Source: an uncultured Actinomycetota bacterium (GTDB taxonomy: Bacteria; Actinomycetota; Actinomycetes; JAFAQI01). From it: 64,000 nt of DNA. Location: assembly GCA_963770565.1 (NCBI GenBank), contig CAVYQE010000011.1, forward strand, positions 352,001 through 416,000, given 5' to 3'. The notes under the pieces were generated by a model. It was not told the origin of the DNA, ran no database searches, and saw only the letters and a program-made list of their open reading frames with translations. Of the stretch, positions 47,853 through 57,715 are shown piece after piece. The translations under genes and the position numbers were made by a program. Each line of letters begins with the position of its first letter. Within the stretch, counting starts at the first letter, position 1.

Positions 47853-49888
47853 GCCTGCTCGAGGTGGATGGGCTGGAGGTCTTCTTCGACCTTCCGGACG
47901 GCGAGCTGCACGCGGTGCAGGGCGTCGATCTTCGTCTGGATGCCGGCGAGCGGCTGGCGATCGTGGGGGAGTCCGGATCCGGCAAGACGACCACCGTGCT
48001 CGCACTGATGGGACTGCTCCCGCCGACCGCATCGATCTGTGGCACGGTTCGGCTGAACGGTCGCGACCTGCTCTCCGGTGGAGAGCGCGGCACCGACGAC
48101 TGGCGCTGGCGTGACATCGCGACCGTCTTCCAGGGCGCGATGAACGCGCTCAACCCGGTGCGCAGTGTCGGCTGGCAGATCACCGAGCCGATGCGGGTGC
48201 ACGACACCGCGACCGGCACCGCGGCCCGGGACCGAACCCGCGAGCTGTTGTCCCTGGTCGGCCTGCCACCCGCGATCGAGCAGGCATTCCCGCACCAGCT
48301 CTCGGGCGGGATGCGGCAGCGGGCCGCGATCGCGATGGCGCTCGCCTGCGAGCCGAAGGTGCTGCTCGCCGACGAGCCGACGACGGCACTCGACGTCGTG
48401 GTTCAAGCCGGCATCCTCGATCTGCTGGGGCGGCTCAGTGAGGAGCTCGACCTCGCCCTCGTGTTGGTTACGCACGACCTCGCGGCCGCGGCGGCTACCT
48501 GCGGTCGACTGGCGGTCATGTACGCCGGCCGGCTGGTCGAGTCCGGGCCGGTCAGCTCGATCGCCGGTGCGCCGGAGCACCCGTACACCCGCCAGCTGTT
48601 CGCTGCGATCCCAGACCTCTTCGACCGCCACTCGGTCCACGCGATTCCCGGTGCTCCGCCCCGGCTCGACCAGCTGATCGAAGGATGTGCGTTCGCGCCT
48701 CGGTGCGACGTACGGATCGAGCGCTGCAGTCACGAGCTGCCGCCGCTGGTCCAGATCGGCGAGAGCTGGCAGGCCGCATGCTTGCTGTCCCGACCCGGTG
48801 CGGGTGGTGGTCCGGCCGCCCCGGTTGCGTCGGCGGCGCCCGCCGACGCCCCGCTCGAACGAGCGGATGGAGTGCTGCAGACGGACGATGTCGCGTTGGC
48901 CCTGGACGAGGTCTTCGTCACCTTCCCGCGCCGCCGTCGGATGGTCGACCTGGTCCGCGGCCGCCCGCGCGCGATCGTGCGAGCGGTCGACGGGTTGTCA
49001 CTGTCGATCGAGCCGGGGGAGATGGTTGCTCTCGTCGGCGAGTCGGGGTCGGGCAAGACCTCGACCGCGCACGCCATCGTCGGCAATGTGTCGACGAGCG
49101 GTGGGCACGTAGTGGTATCCGGCGTCGACCTCGGGACCATGGACCGCAAGGCCCGGCGCCGGTTGCGCCAGCACGTCCAGCTCGTCTACCAGGATCCGTA
49201 CGAGTCGCTCGACCCGCGGATGCGGGTGCGGTCGATCCTGGATGAGCCGTTGCGGGTTAACCACATCGGACGCAACCGCAAGGAGCGGCAGCGGCTCGCT
49301 GCCGAGGCGTTGACCCAGGTCGGTATGGATCCGCCGGAGCTCTTTCTCGACCGCTTCCCGCACGAGCTGTCCGGGGGTCAGCGGCAACGGGTGGCGATCG
49401 CAGCCGCGCTCGTGATGAACCCGACCATCCTGGTCGCCGACGAGCCGGTCTCGATGCTCGACGTGTCGGTCCGGGCCGAGGTGCTGGAGGTGCTCGACGC
49501 ACTGCGCCGGACGAAGTCGGTCGCGATCATCATGATCACCCACGACCTGTCCACCGCGGCGCACTACGCCGACCGGATCGCGGTGATGTATCTCGGCCGG
49601 ATTGTCGAGCAGGGTCCGGCCACCCAGGTGGTCGCCGCTCCCGGCCATCCTTACACCCGCGCCCTGGTGGCTGCGGTGCCGGTCGCTCACACGCAGCGGC
49701 GACCGACGAGCGTGCTGACGGGCGAGATTCCGGACGCGGCCGCGATCCCCGCCGGCTGCCGTTTCGAGCCGCGGTGCCCGATCGCCGTGCCTGAGTGCCG
49801 CGAGATCGACCCCGCGTTCGTGCTGGTCGGCGCTGCGCACACCGCGGCGTGTATCCGGGCCGAGATCGCGGCGGGAGTGAGCTCATGA
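47849..49888 (+). CDS. ABC transporter ATP-binding protein, fused DppD/DppF
   Basis: Two GESGSGKT Walker A motifs, LSGGMRQR/LSGGQRQR and two Cys-rich C-terminal extensions. Confidence 0.93.
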   Translation: MSLLEVDGLEVFFDLPDGELHAVQGVDLRLDAGERLAIVGESGSGKTTTVLALMGLLPPTASICGTVRLNGRDLLSGGERGTDDWRWRDIATVFQGAMNALNPVRSVGWQITEPMRVHDTATGTAARDRTRELLSLVGLPPAIEQAFPHQLSGGMRQRAAIAMALACEPKVLLADEPTTALDVVVQAGILDLLGRLSEELDLALVLVTHDLAAAAATCGRLAVMYAGRLVESGPVSSIAGAPEHPYTRQLFAAIPDLFDRHSVHAIPGAPPRLDQLIEGCAFAPRCDVRIERCSHELPPLVQIGESWQAACLLSRPGAGGGPAAPVASAAPADAPLERADGVLQTDDVALALDEVFVTFPRRRRMVDLVRGRPRAIVRAVDGLSLSIEPGEMVALVGESGSGKTSTAHAIVGNVSTSGGHVVVSGVDLGTMDRKARRRLRQHVQLVYQDPYESLDPRMRVRSILDEPLRVNHIGRNRKERQRLAAEALTQVGMDPPELFLDRFPHELSGGQRQRVAIAAALVMNPTILVADEPVSMLDVSVRAEVLEVLDALRRTKSVAIIMITHDLSTAAHYADRIAVMYLGRIVEQGPATQVVAAPGHPYTRALVAAVPVAHTQRRPTSVLTGEIPDAAAIPAGCRFEPRCPIAVPECREIDPAFVLVGAAHTAACIRAEIAAGVSS

Positions 49889-51561
49889 GAGCGCGCCGGC
49901 TGGTGATGGCGACGATGCTGGCCGCGGTCGTGCTCACCGGCTGCGATCGCAGCTTCCCGCTGAACGATCCCGGCGTACCGGGGCCGGGTGGCTTCCTGCG
50001 GATCGGCACGATCTCGATCATCAACACGATGAACCCGTGGATCACCGACGACCAGCTCGCGCTGAGCACGCAGAGCGACATCTATCCGCGGATCCTCCAG
50101 TACAACCTCAAGACGCTGGACTTCGAGCCTGACTTCGCGTTGAAGTGGGTGCTGTCGAACCACGGTCGCACCTGGACCTTCACCACGCGGGCCGGCGCGG
50201 AGTGGTCGGACGGTCAACCGCTGACCGCGCAGGACGTCGCCTGGACGATCGCCACGATGGTCCGGCTGCACAAGGGGCCGGCCGCGCTGTGGGCGAGTGC
50301 GGTGGCGGGCGTGGTCAGCGCGACCGCACCGAACCCGACAACGGTCGTCGTGACCTACCGCAAGCCAGAAGGCGATGCGCTGTCGAACCTCGAGCAGATC
50401 CCGGTGCTGCCGGAGCACGTGTGGGCGAAGTACGCCGCGGGCAATGGCAAGGCACTTCGCAGCCAGCCGAACACACCGTCCGCCGGTCATCCGGTCGTGT
50501 CGGGCGGACCGTTCATGTTCGTCAAGTACACCTACAACGAGGCGATCGTCTTCGCCCGCAACCCGCACTACTACGGCCCGCCCGCGCACATCGCGGGCTT
50601 CGGCGTCGAGCTGTTCTCCAACGACGACGCACTGGTCGCTGCCATGCGGGCCGGCGAGGTCGATGCGGCGACTGGTGACCCCAACCTGCCGCCGACCGAC
50701 GTACGCCCGCTGAAGTCAGGCGGGTTCAAGATCCTGGCCGAGCCGGCGGTTGCCTACAACGACCTCATCATCAACACCAACCCGAAGAAGGTCGCTCATC
50801 GCGAGCTGCTGAACCCCAATGTCCGCAAGGCTTTTGAGTACGCGATCGACCGCAACACGATTGATCGAGTGGCCTTCCTCGGCTACGCCCAGCCGGCCCA
50901 GTCGATCGTGCCGCCGGCGACGGGCAAGTGGTACGACCCGGCGGTCAAGCCGCTCCCGTACGACTTGTCCAAGGCCAACGCGCTGCTCGACGCGGCCGGC
51001 TACAAGCGGGGACCGGGCGGGATCCGGATCGCCGACGGTCATCAGATGTCTTACACCGTCTACGTCTCGACCGACAACGGCGGCGAAGGTGTGCGCAGCG
51101 GCGAGATCATGACTACCGACTTCCGCAAGATCGGCGTCAAGCTCACGTTCCGGCTCACCGACGACGACGCGCTCAACTCGGATATCTTCGCCGACCACTA
51201 TCGGAAGTACGACATGGCGATGTGGGGCTGGGACACGTTCATCGACCCGACGTACATCCTCAACGTGCTGACTTGCTCGCAGTGGTACGACAACAGCGAC
51301 TCGGGCTACTGCAATCCGACGTACGACAAGCTCTACAAGGAGCAAGGGGCGACGACGAACGTCGTCAAGCGGCGCCAGCTGGTCTATCGCATGCAGGAGA
51401 TCCTTGCGAACGCGCGGCCCTACATCATCCTGCAGGACTTGGATGTGCTGGAGGCCTGGAATCCGCGCTGGACCGACATCGTCGAGTCACCGGATGGATG
51501 GTTCAACCAGTTCTCCTCCGACGGCCAGACCTCGATCCGCCTGGCGCCCGGCGCGGGCTGA
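49885..51561 (+). CDS. ABC substrate-binding lipoprotein (family 5)
   Basis: Lipobox LTGC, WSDGQPLTAQDV, GPF, VRKAFEYAIDR and ANALLDAAGY. Confidence 0.92.
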   Translation: MRARRLVMATMLAAVVLTGCDRSFPLNDPGVPGPGGFLRIGTISIINTMNPWITDDQLALSTQSDIYPRILQYNLKTLDFEPDFALKWVLSNHGRTWTFTTRAGAEWSDGQPLTAQDVAWTIATMVRLHKGPAALWASAVAGVVSATAPNPTTVVVTYRKPEGDALSNLEQIPVLPEHVWAKYAAGNGKALRSQPNTPSAGHPVVSGGPFMFVKYTYNEAIVFARNPHYYGPPAHIAGFGVELFSNDDALVAAMRAGEVDAATGDPNLPPTDVRPLKSGGFKILAEPAVAYNDLIINTNPKKVAHRELLNPNVRKAFEYAIDRNTIDRVAFLGYAQPAQSIVPPATGKWYDPAVKPLPYDLSKANALLDAAGYKRGPGGIRIADGHQMSYTVYVSTDNGGEGVRSGEIMTTDFRKIGVKLTFRLTDDDALNSDIFADHYRKYDMAMWGWDTFIDPTYILNVLTCSQWYDNSDSGYCNPTYDKLYKEQGATTNVVKRRQLVYRMQEILANARPYIILQDLDVLEAWNPRWTDIVESPDGWFNQFSSDGQTSIRLAPGAG

Positions 51562-51574
51562 GCCGGCCGCAAAC

Positions 51575-52855
51575 TCAGGACGAGTTGACCATGCCTCGGC
51601 CCAGCCAGTCGTTGCGATCACGAACGCCGGGGAGCGCGAAGAAGTAGCCGCCGCCGACCGGGCTGACGTAGTCGACCATCGGCTCGCCGACCAGGCGGGC
51701 CTGGACGGCTTCGAACTGCCGCTTGATGTCTTGCTGAAAGCAGTTGAAGACCAGGCCCAGGTCGAGGTTGCCGTTGAGGTCGACGCCCCGGTCGTAGTTG
51801 TAGCCACGGCGGTAGATCCGGCTCGGCTCGGTGCGGTTGGTGCGCGGGTTGGCCAGTCGGATGTGCGCGTCGAGCGGAATCACCTTGCCGAGTGGATCGG
51901 CGTGGTAGTCGGGGAGGTCGGCTTCGGTGACACCGTCGAGCGGCGCGCCGGTGTCGCGGAACCGGCCGATCATCGTCTGCTGCTCGTGCAGTGAGACCCG
52001 GTCCCAGAACTCGATGAACATCTTGATGATCCGGCAGACGTGGTAGCTGCCACCGATCGCCCAGGTCGGCTCGCCGTGACCTTTCTCGACCCAGAGCAGC
52101 TGTCTGGAGACGGCCGGTCGATCGATCTCGGGGTTGGCGATGCCGTCTTTGAAACCGAGGTGGTTGCGCGGTACGCCGGACGGTCGCGACGGCGAGATGA
52201 AGCCGTCGATCCGCCAGCGAATCGCCATCCCGCCGCGGGTGTGCTTGGCCAGATCGCGCAGCGCGTGGATCGCCGTATCGGCGCTGCCCGCGCAGATCTG
52301 CGCGATTAGGTCGCCGCCGGTCTGGGCCGGGTCGAGGTTGTCGTTGGGGAACGAGCGCATCGGGGTGAGATGGCGCGGTTTCGCCCCGGCCAGGCCGTAG
52401 CGGTGGTCGAACAGGGTCGACCCGACCCCGACCGTCATCGTGAGGCCGTCGGCCGGTACGTCGGGTCCGAGCGTGCCGCTGTCGGCAGGTGGCGCGCCGA
52501 CTCCGAGGTTGCGCGGCGTGCCGCCGGCGGTGAGGAAGCGGGCCCGGTGGGTGATCGTGTGGAACAGCTCGACGAGCTCGTTGCGATGCTCGGCCGTCAC
52601 GTCGAACGCGGCGAAGCAGGCGGCCGGTGGCGGCGGAGTGCTGATGCCCGCTTGGTGGGCGCCGTGGAACGGCACCGGCGGCAGGTGCGCGGCCGGATCG
52701 CGAATGGTCGGAACCTCAGGTGGTTCGTCAGCCTCGCCGGGGCGCGGATGCGCTCGCGTCGCGGCCTCGGCCGGCGTGAGTCCCGCCCCCGCGAGCGCCG
52801 CACCGGCCGCCACGATCCCGGAGCGCCCGAGGAACTGCCGGCGGTCGATGGTCAT
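51575..52855 (-). CDS. efeB: Tat-exported Dyp-type peroxidase (EfeB-like)
   Basis: DRRQFL Tat motif, FHGAHQAGI, GFKDGIAN, AHIRLANPR and IYRRGYNY. Confidence 0.92.
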   Translation of the reverse strand: MTIDRRQFLGRSGIVAAGAALAGAGLTPAEAATRAHPRPGEADEPPEVPTIRDPAAHLPPVPFHGAHQAGISTPPPPAACFAAFDVTAEHRNELVELFHTITHRARFLTAGGTPRNLGVGAPPADSGTLGPDVPADGLTMTVGVGSTLFDHRYGLAGAKPRHLTPMRSFPNDNLDPAQTGGDLIAQICAGSADTAIHALRDLAKHTRGGMAIRWRIDGFISPSRPSGVPRNHLGFKDGIANPEIDRPAVSRQLLWVEKGHGEPTWAIGGSYHVCRIIKMFIEFWDRVSLHEQQTMIGRFRDTGAPLDGVTEADLPDYHADPLGKVIPLDAHIRLANPRTNRTEPSRIYRRGYNYDRGVDLNGNLDLGLVFNCFQQDIKRQFEAVQARLVGEPMVDYVSPVGGGYFFALPGVRDRNDWLGRGMVNSS

Positions 52856-54072
52856 GACTTTCCGATCGTCAGCAGGTCGGGCACCGGCGCCAGGATGTTC
52901 AGGACGCGGCCGACGGCCGAGTCGACCGCGTCACGACTGCGCCGGGGCAGGTCGGCGACCGCGACCCACGCGCCGCTCTTCGCTCGGGTCGCGTTCACCG
53001 CTGCGGCCAGCCTGGTCAGCGCCTTGCGAGCGTGCGAGACGAGGTGTGACGAGCGCGGCCTGATCAGTTGGGCCAGCAGGCCCAGCAGCTCGCGGGTGCC
53101 CGCAACGTCAGCCCGCACTGACGCCAGGCTGGTGCCGCTGCCGTAGTCGTCCTGCCCGGTGAGGGAGTCGCGCAGCGCGTCCTCGAGGATCTCGTGGCAA
53201 CGCAGTGGCAGGCCGCTGACACCTGCGGTGGTCAGCGGGAGCCACTGCGAGATCGGCGGCGTCGTCAGCCGCGACACGGCGCGGGCGAGAGCTTTGGCAT
53301 CCGTAGTTGCGGCAGCGATGTCCGCGCGGGTCCACAGGTCGTACTCGACTTTGTGGAAGCCGGTGAACCTCGGGCTCGACGTGCCGCCGACCAGCCCGGC
53401 AGTCGTGCCGTCGATGGTGCGGCCCAGGGTGCCGAATGCGCTGTAGGCACCGTCGTCCTGACCGATCCGAAGCCAGGTCAGGTGCGCGGTGAGCGATGCC
53501 GTCTTCGCGTCGGCGACGTCGTCGCCGGCCAGGTCGGTCTCGAGCGCGTTCGTTTGGCTGGTGAGCAGGGCGAACTCGTGGCCGACGTAGGCCCGGTAGG
53601 ACCTCATCGCGGGTGTCAGTTCGCCCCGGGTCACCGGTACGACCGGTGGCCCCGGTCCCCCGTGGTTCGGGTCGACCGGCACGGTCTGGACGTCGGACAC
53701 TCGTGACGGCCGGCCGGTCAGGTCGCAGCCCCAGACGTATCGCCGGCCCCGGGCGAGGGTGACCACGAGCTCGCGCACCGAGTGCGGCTTGAGGTGTTTG
53801 ACGGTCGCGACGATCGCGTTCGACCGGGGATGGAACAGGTAGATCGTGGCCGAGTACGCCGACCGGTTGGTGATCGCGAAGTGCGCGCGGCCGGGGTTGG
53901 GGGCATACCACCTCGGCGCGCAGGTCGTGGTGGTCACGTAGATCCGCTGGCCGCGAAGGTGGCCGCCGACCTGACCGGAGGCGGCAGCACCGCCCGCCGC
54001 CGGAAGTGACCCGTACGTCAGTGTGGTGGTGGCGATCGTCGCCACCACCACACTGCTCGTTCGATACCGCAC
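52852..54072 (-). CDS. efeO: EfeO/EfeM-like iron-binding protein (cupredoxin-like + imelysin/M75 domain)
   Basis: Signal peptide, N-terminal beta domain with two Cys, FTGFHKVEYDLW (HxxE) and DDYGSGT. Confidence 0.8.
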   Translation of the reverse strand: MRYRTSSVVVATIATTTLTYGSLPAAGGAAASGQVGGHLRGQRIYVTTTTCAPRWYAPNPGRAHFAITNRSAYSATIYLFHPRSNAIVATVKHLKPHSVRELVVTLARGRRYVWGCDLTGRPSRVSDVQTVPVDPNHGGPGPPVVPVTRGELTPAMRSYRAYVGHEFALLTSQTNALETDLAGDDVADAKTASLTAHLTWLRIGQDDGAYSAFGTLGRTIDGTTAGLVGGTSSPRFTGFHKVEYDLWTRADIAAATTDAKALARAVSRLTTPPISQWLPLTTAGVSGLPLRCHEILEDALRDSLTGQDDYGSGTSLASVRADVAGTRELLGLLAQLIRPRSSHLVSHARKALTRLAAAVNATRAKSGAWVAVADLPRRSRDAVDSAVGRVLNILAPVPDLLTIGKS

Positions 54073-54107
54073 AGTTGGTTACCTCGCGCGAGCCGTCGCT
54101 GACATGG

Positions 54108-55358
54108 CTAGCGGTTCGTATAGACATCCGATCCGAACGACACGACCTTCGGCTGCTGGGCATCGCCGAGGTGATGCAGCCCGAAGATGTCCTCGATGCT
54201 GCGCAGCAGCGAGAAGTGGTTGTAGGGGTTCGTGGTCGTCGTACCGGGCTTGACGAACTTCGACAGCACGATCGCGCCCACCCGGCCACCGCCCGGGCCG
54301 TAGAGTCCCGGCTCGTTCATGTTCGGGTGCGACGGGGCGGAGTAGCCAGTGCTGACGCGTTCGCCGCAGCAGGCGCCGGCGTCTTCGTCGGACCCCGACT
54401 CGTCGAAGTTGATCACGATCATGCCGTTCGCCTTGTAGGCCGGCGAGTTCGTGATGATCGGGATCCACTTCTTCAGGAACTCGTTGACGCGGATCAGTCC
54501 GCCCTTGCGGCCGTCCTGGCACTTCGGGGTGTCATGGCCGTCGGCGCAGGTGTTGGGCGTGATGAACGAGTAGTTCGGGGTCGTCGAGATCTTCTTCAGG
54601 TCCTTCTGCAGTGGCTTGAGGGTCAACACGTGCGAGTCGCAATAGGCCTGGTTGTCGATGATCGACTTGAAGTAGACGAACGGGTCGTGTCGGGTCGCGT
54701 AGCTGTCGGTCTTCGGCCCCGTCGAGTCGGTCAGGTCCTCGGCGCCGAGCGCCGGGTGGCCACACGCCGGGCCGTTGGCGGTCTCGACGGTCTTGTCGCG
54801 GTGCGGAAGGTTGCCCATGTCCTGCTCGTAGGCCCGCCAGGTGAGGCCCTTGGCGGTGAGCTGGTTGGCAAGCGTCTTGACGTACTTCGGGTAGACGCAG
54901 CCCTCGCCGGAGAGCTGGTGGTACTTCGTCCACTTGTCGAAGTTCTCGCCGCCGAACTGGATGAACGGCTCGTACAGACCGCAGTCCTGGCCGAGCTCGT
55001 AGTTGGTGTTCTGTCCTGAGATCATCGCGGTGTAGTTGTCGAGGCTGTCGTGCCCGATCCCGTAGTACTGCGTGAGCAGGGCGCCCTTGGCCGGCAACGT
55101 CTTGGCGAGGTACGGCGCCTGCTTTTCGCCGGGCTTTCCGAAGCTGTATCCGAAGGATTCATTTTCCAGCGTGATGATCCACACGTGCTTGATGCCCGGC
55201 GGCGTGGAGGCCTTGGCCGGGTGCGCGGCTGCCGCCGGGTGGGCGGCGCCGCGGGTGTGTGCAATGGCCGCGGGAACGGCGACGACCAGGCCGACAACCA
55301 GCGCGAAGGCAGCGACCGCCGTGGTCGCGAGACGGTGGGTCTTGAGGGTCTTCGGCAC
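54108..55358 (-). CDS. Secreted phosphoesterase (acid phosphatase/phospholipase C family)
   Basis: IKHVWIITLENESF, HDSLDNY, YATRHDPF, TPNTCADGHD, NFDE and YNHFSLLRSIED. GTG after GAGGAG. Confidence 0.88.
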   Translation of the reverse strand: MPKTLKTHRLATTAVAAFALVVGLVVAVPAAIAHTRGAAHPAAAAHPAKASTPPGIKHVWIITLENESFGYSFGKPGEKQAPYLAKTLPAKGALLTQYYGIGHDSLDNYTAMISGQNTNYELGQDCGLYEPFIQFGGENFDKWTKYHQLSGEGCVYPKYVKTLANQLTAKGLTWRAYEQDMGNLPHRDKTVETANGPACGHPALGAEDLTDSTGPKTDSYATRHDPFVYFKSIIDNQAYCDSHVLTLKPLQKDLKKISTTPNYSFITPNTCADGHDTPKCQDGRKGGLIRVNEFLKKWIPIITNSPAYKANGMIVINFDESGSDEDAGACCGERVSTGYSAPSHPNMNEPGLYGPGGGRVGAIVLSKFVKPGTTTTNPYNHFSLLRSIEDIFGLHHLGDAQQPKVVSFGSDVYTNR

Positions 55359-55534
55359 GGTGTGCTCCTCTGTTTGGTGGGTCGCTAGGCGCCACTCGAG
55401 CGGCAAAGTAGCAGATTGCCTACAACAAGACAAGCCGATAATCTGATTGCCGTCAGCATAGTTCGGGGCGAGCTCCGGCTGAGGGATGCCCGGATCGACG
55501 CCGCGCTGGATGCATTCGCGAAGTTGGAGGTCGG

Positions 55535-56962
55535 GTGACCGAGATCGACGCGACTCCGTCGTGGCCGAGCGTTCACACCGAGCTGCCCGGCCCGCGCAGC
55601 CGCGCGTTCTTCGAGCGGCTCGACTCGCGGGTGATCGCGGGGATGACCGACCACGACGAGGTTCCCTTCGCCGAGGCCCGCAAGGTCGGCTCGCTCATCG
55701 AGGATCTCGACGGCAACGTCTTCGCCGACCTGGTGTCGGCGTGGGGCGCGGCGCCGTTCGGGGGCTCACCCGCTGATGTCTTCGAGGCAGTAACGACCGC
55801 GCAACGGCGCTATGGGATGGAGATCACCAACTACATCCCGAACGAGCCCGCTCTCGCCCTCGCTGAGCGGCTGCTCGACGTTGCCCCGCCGGGCATCACC
55901 CGGGTCGCGAGTGCCCTGAGCGGCACGCTCGCCGTCGAGGCCGGCGTGAAGCTGGCCCGCGAGTCGACCGGCCGGCCGATCATCCTGACCTTCCACGGTC
56001 AGTACCACGGCGAGGCGACCTACCTCACCGCGAGCGCGTCGAGCGACCTGTCCGAGGTGGCGAGCTCTAGTGCGGCGTATGTCGGCGGGCTGGTGTTCGC
56101 GCCGTACCCGAACTCGTTCCGGGCGCCGTTCCACCGCGGTCCCGGACCGTACGACGACCTGATGTATCTCGACTACATCGAGGACTGGCTACTGGTACAT
56201 CAGGTCGAGCCGGAGCAGATCGCCGGCGTGCTGATCGAGCCGGTGCTCGGCGAGGGCGGCATCCTGGTGCCATCGGAGGCCTTCTGGGCGCGACTGACCG
56301 CGATGTGCCGGCGCTGGGGCTGGAAGCTGATCCTCGACGAGGTGCAGACCGGCATGGGTCGCTGCGGCACGATCTTCGCCTGCGAGCGATGGAATCTCGA
56401 GCCCGACATCGTCTTGCTGGGCAAGGGGATCACCGCGGGCGGCCAGCCGATCGCGGCGGTGCTCGGCACCGAAGCAGTGATGGCTGACTCCGACGTGCAC
56501 GGAGCCGGAACCTTCGCCTGGACGCCGGCTGCGTGCGCGGGTGCGGTGGCCGGCATCGATCGGCTGCTCAACAGCGACGTCCTGGCCAATGTCGCGACCA
56601 TCGAGGCGATCGCGCACGCCGAGCTCGATCCGCTGATCGAGGAGATCGAGCAGGTCGGTGACGTGCGCGCGGCCGGCGCGCTGATCGGCGTGGAGTTCGT
56701 CACCGATCGCGAGACGATCACGCCCGCGCCGGCCTTCCACCGGTCCGTGCACCAGGCCGCGATGGCCCGCGGCGTACTCGGCATCACCCAGTGGGGGAAG
56801 TGGGTCTACCGGCTGCAGCCGGCGCTGACGACGGCGCCGGAGCTGTTCGAGTGGTCGTGCCGGGCGATCGCGGACGCGATCCGCGAAGTCGCCGCAGACC
56901 CGCCGGAGGAGCCGGCCAGTCTGCTCGACCGCGGCAGCCCGGGCGGCACCCGCCGCCGCTAG
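55535..56962 (+). CDS. Class III PLP aminotransferase (GabT-like)
   Basis: LPGPRS, DLDGN, YHGE, IEPVLGEGG, DEVQTGMGRCG, LGKG and GTF. Confidence 0.9.
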   Translation: MTEIDATPSWPSVHTELPGPRSRAFFERLDSRVIAGMTDHDEVPFAEARKVGSLIEDLDGNVFADLVSAWGAAPFGGSPADVFEAVTTAQRRYGMEITNYIPNEPALALAERLLDVAPPGITRVASALSGTLAVEAGVKLARESTGRPIILTFHGQYHGEATYLTASASSDLSEVASSSAAYVGGLVFAPYPNSFRAPFHRGPGPYDDLMYLDYIEDWLLVHQVEPEQIAGVLIEPVLGEGGILVPSEAFWARLTAMCRRWGWKLILDEVQTGMGRCGTIFACERWNLEPDIVLLGKGITAGGQPIAAVLGTEAVMADSDVHGAGTFAWTPAACAGAVAGIDRLLNSDVLANVATIEAIAHAELDPLIEEIEQVGDVRAAGALIGVEFVTDRETITPAPAFHRSVHQAAMARGVLGITQWGKWVYRLQPALTTAPELFEWSCRAIADAIREVAADPPEEPASLLDRGSPGGTRRR

Positions 56963-57125
56963 TGTCCTGCGTCAGAAGTTGCCTGCCACCACTTGTGGCG
57001 CCCGACCGCCGCCTCGCGGCGTTGTCGTCGTCGGCGGTAGCTCCACTACCGCGCTCCTCCTTCGCCTTGCGAGTCCGGCGCCCGGATCACCACAACTGGC
57101 GGCGAACTTCTGACGCAGGACGCTA
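56960..57125. mobile_element. MITE-like element between convergent genes
   Basis: 17-bp perfect inverted repeat gtcctgcgtcagaagtt (56964-80) / aacttctgacgcaggac (57105-21), extending imperfectly. Flanked by TAG/CTA, with an internal hairpin gcggtag..ctaccgc. Confidence 0.65.
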
Positions 57126-57560
57126 ACGGACCGCGGAGCGGGTCAGCCGGCGCCGCCGGCGCACGGTGTGGACGACGAGCAGTCCGGCCAACAGAACTCC
57201 GGTGATGGCATGCCAGCGGATCGTGGTCGGGTGCCCGATGACCCAGTCCCAGATCCCGGACGCCAGCATCGCGGCGGTTAGCGATGCGAGGCCCAGGTCG
57301 GCGAGGGCCATCCGGCCCGAGCGGGTCCGCATGCTGCGCACCCGGACCAGCCTGGCGGCCAGGTTGGCAGTCGTCTGGCGCCGCTGAACGATATGGACGA
57401 CGACGAGACCGACGAAGATCAGTCCGAGGCCGATGTGGATCGCCAGTACCGGCTCGAGCACGAGTGACACGAGCGCGGTCGCGATCAGCGCGAGGTGGAC
57501 GCAGGTTCGCAAGACTGTCTGCCGGTCCCGCGCGGCCAACCGGGTACCACTCACCGGCAC
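57123..57560 (-). CDS. Small 4-TM His-containing membrane protein (cytochrome b/DUF4405-like)
   Basis: Four hydrophobic helices with twice-repeated H-x13-H (IHIGLG...VVHIV; WHAITG...VVHTV). Start uncertain. Confidence 0.6.
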   Translation of the reverse strand: MPVSGTRLAARDRQTVLRTCVHLALIATALVSLVLEPVLAIHIGLGLIFVGLVVVHIVQRRQTTANLAARLVRVRSMRTRSGRMALADLGLASLTAAMLASGIWDWVIGHPTTIRWHAITGVLLAGLLVVHTVRRRRRLTRSAVR

Positions 57561-57616
57561 AGCGTGTCCCGGCCGCTCGCGCGCCGCATCAGGGGAGTCC
57601 CCGATCCGCACCCTGA

Positions 57617-57711
57617 CCCGTTTCAGCACACGACGCCCCTGCGCCGGCGACGCAACTGGCGCGGGTCGGCCGAAACGGCGCGAACCAACGACAGTTGTGT
57701 GCTGAAACGGG
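57617..57711. repeat. 95-bp REP-like element with 15-bp perfect inverted repeat
   Basis: cccgtttcagcacac (57617-31) / gtgtgctgaaacggg (57697-711), directly after the aroA stop. Confidence 0.72.
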
Positions 57712-57715
57712 GGAG

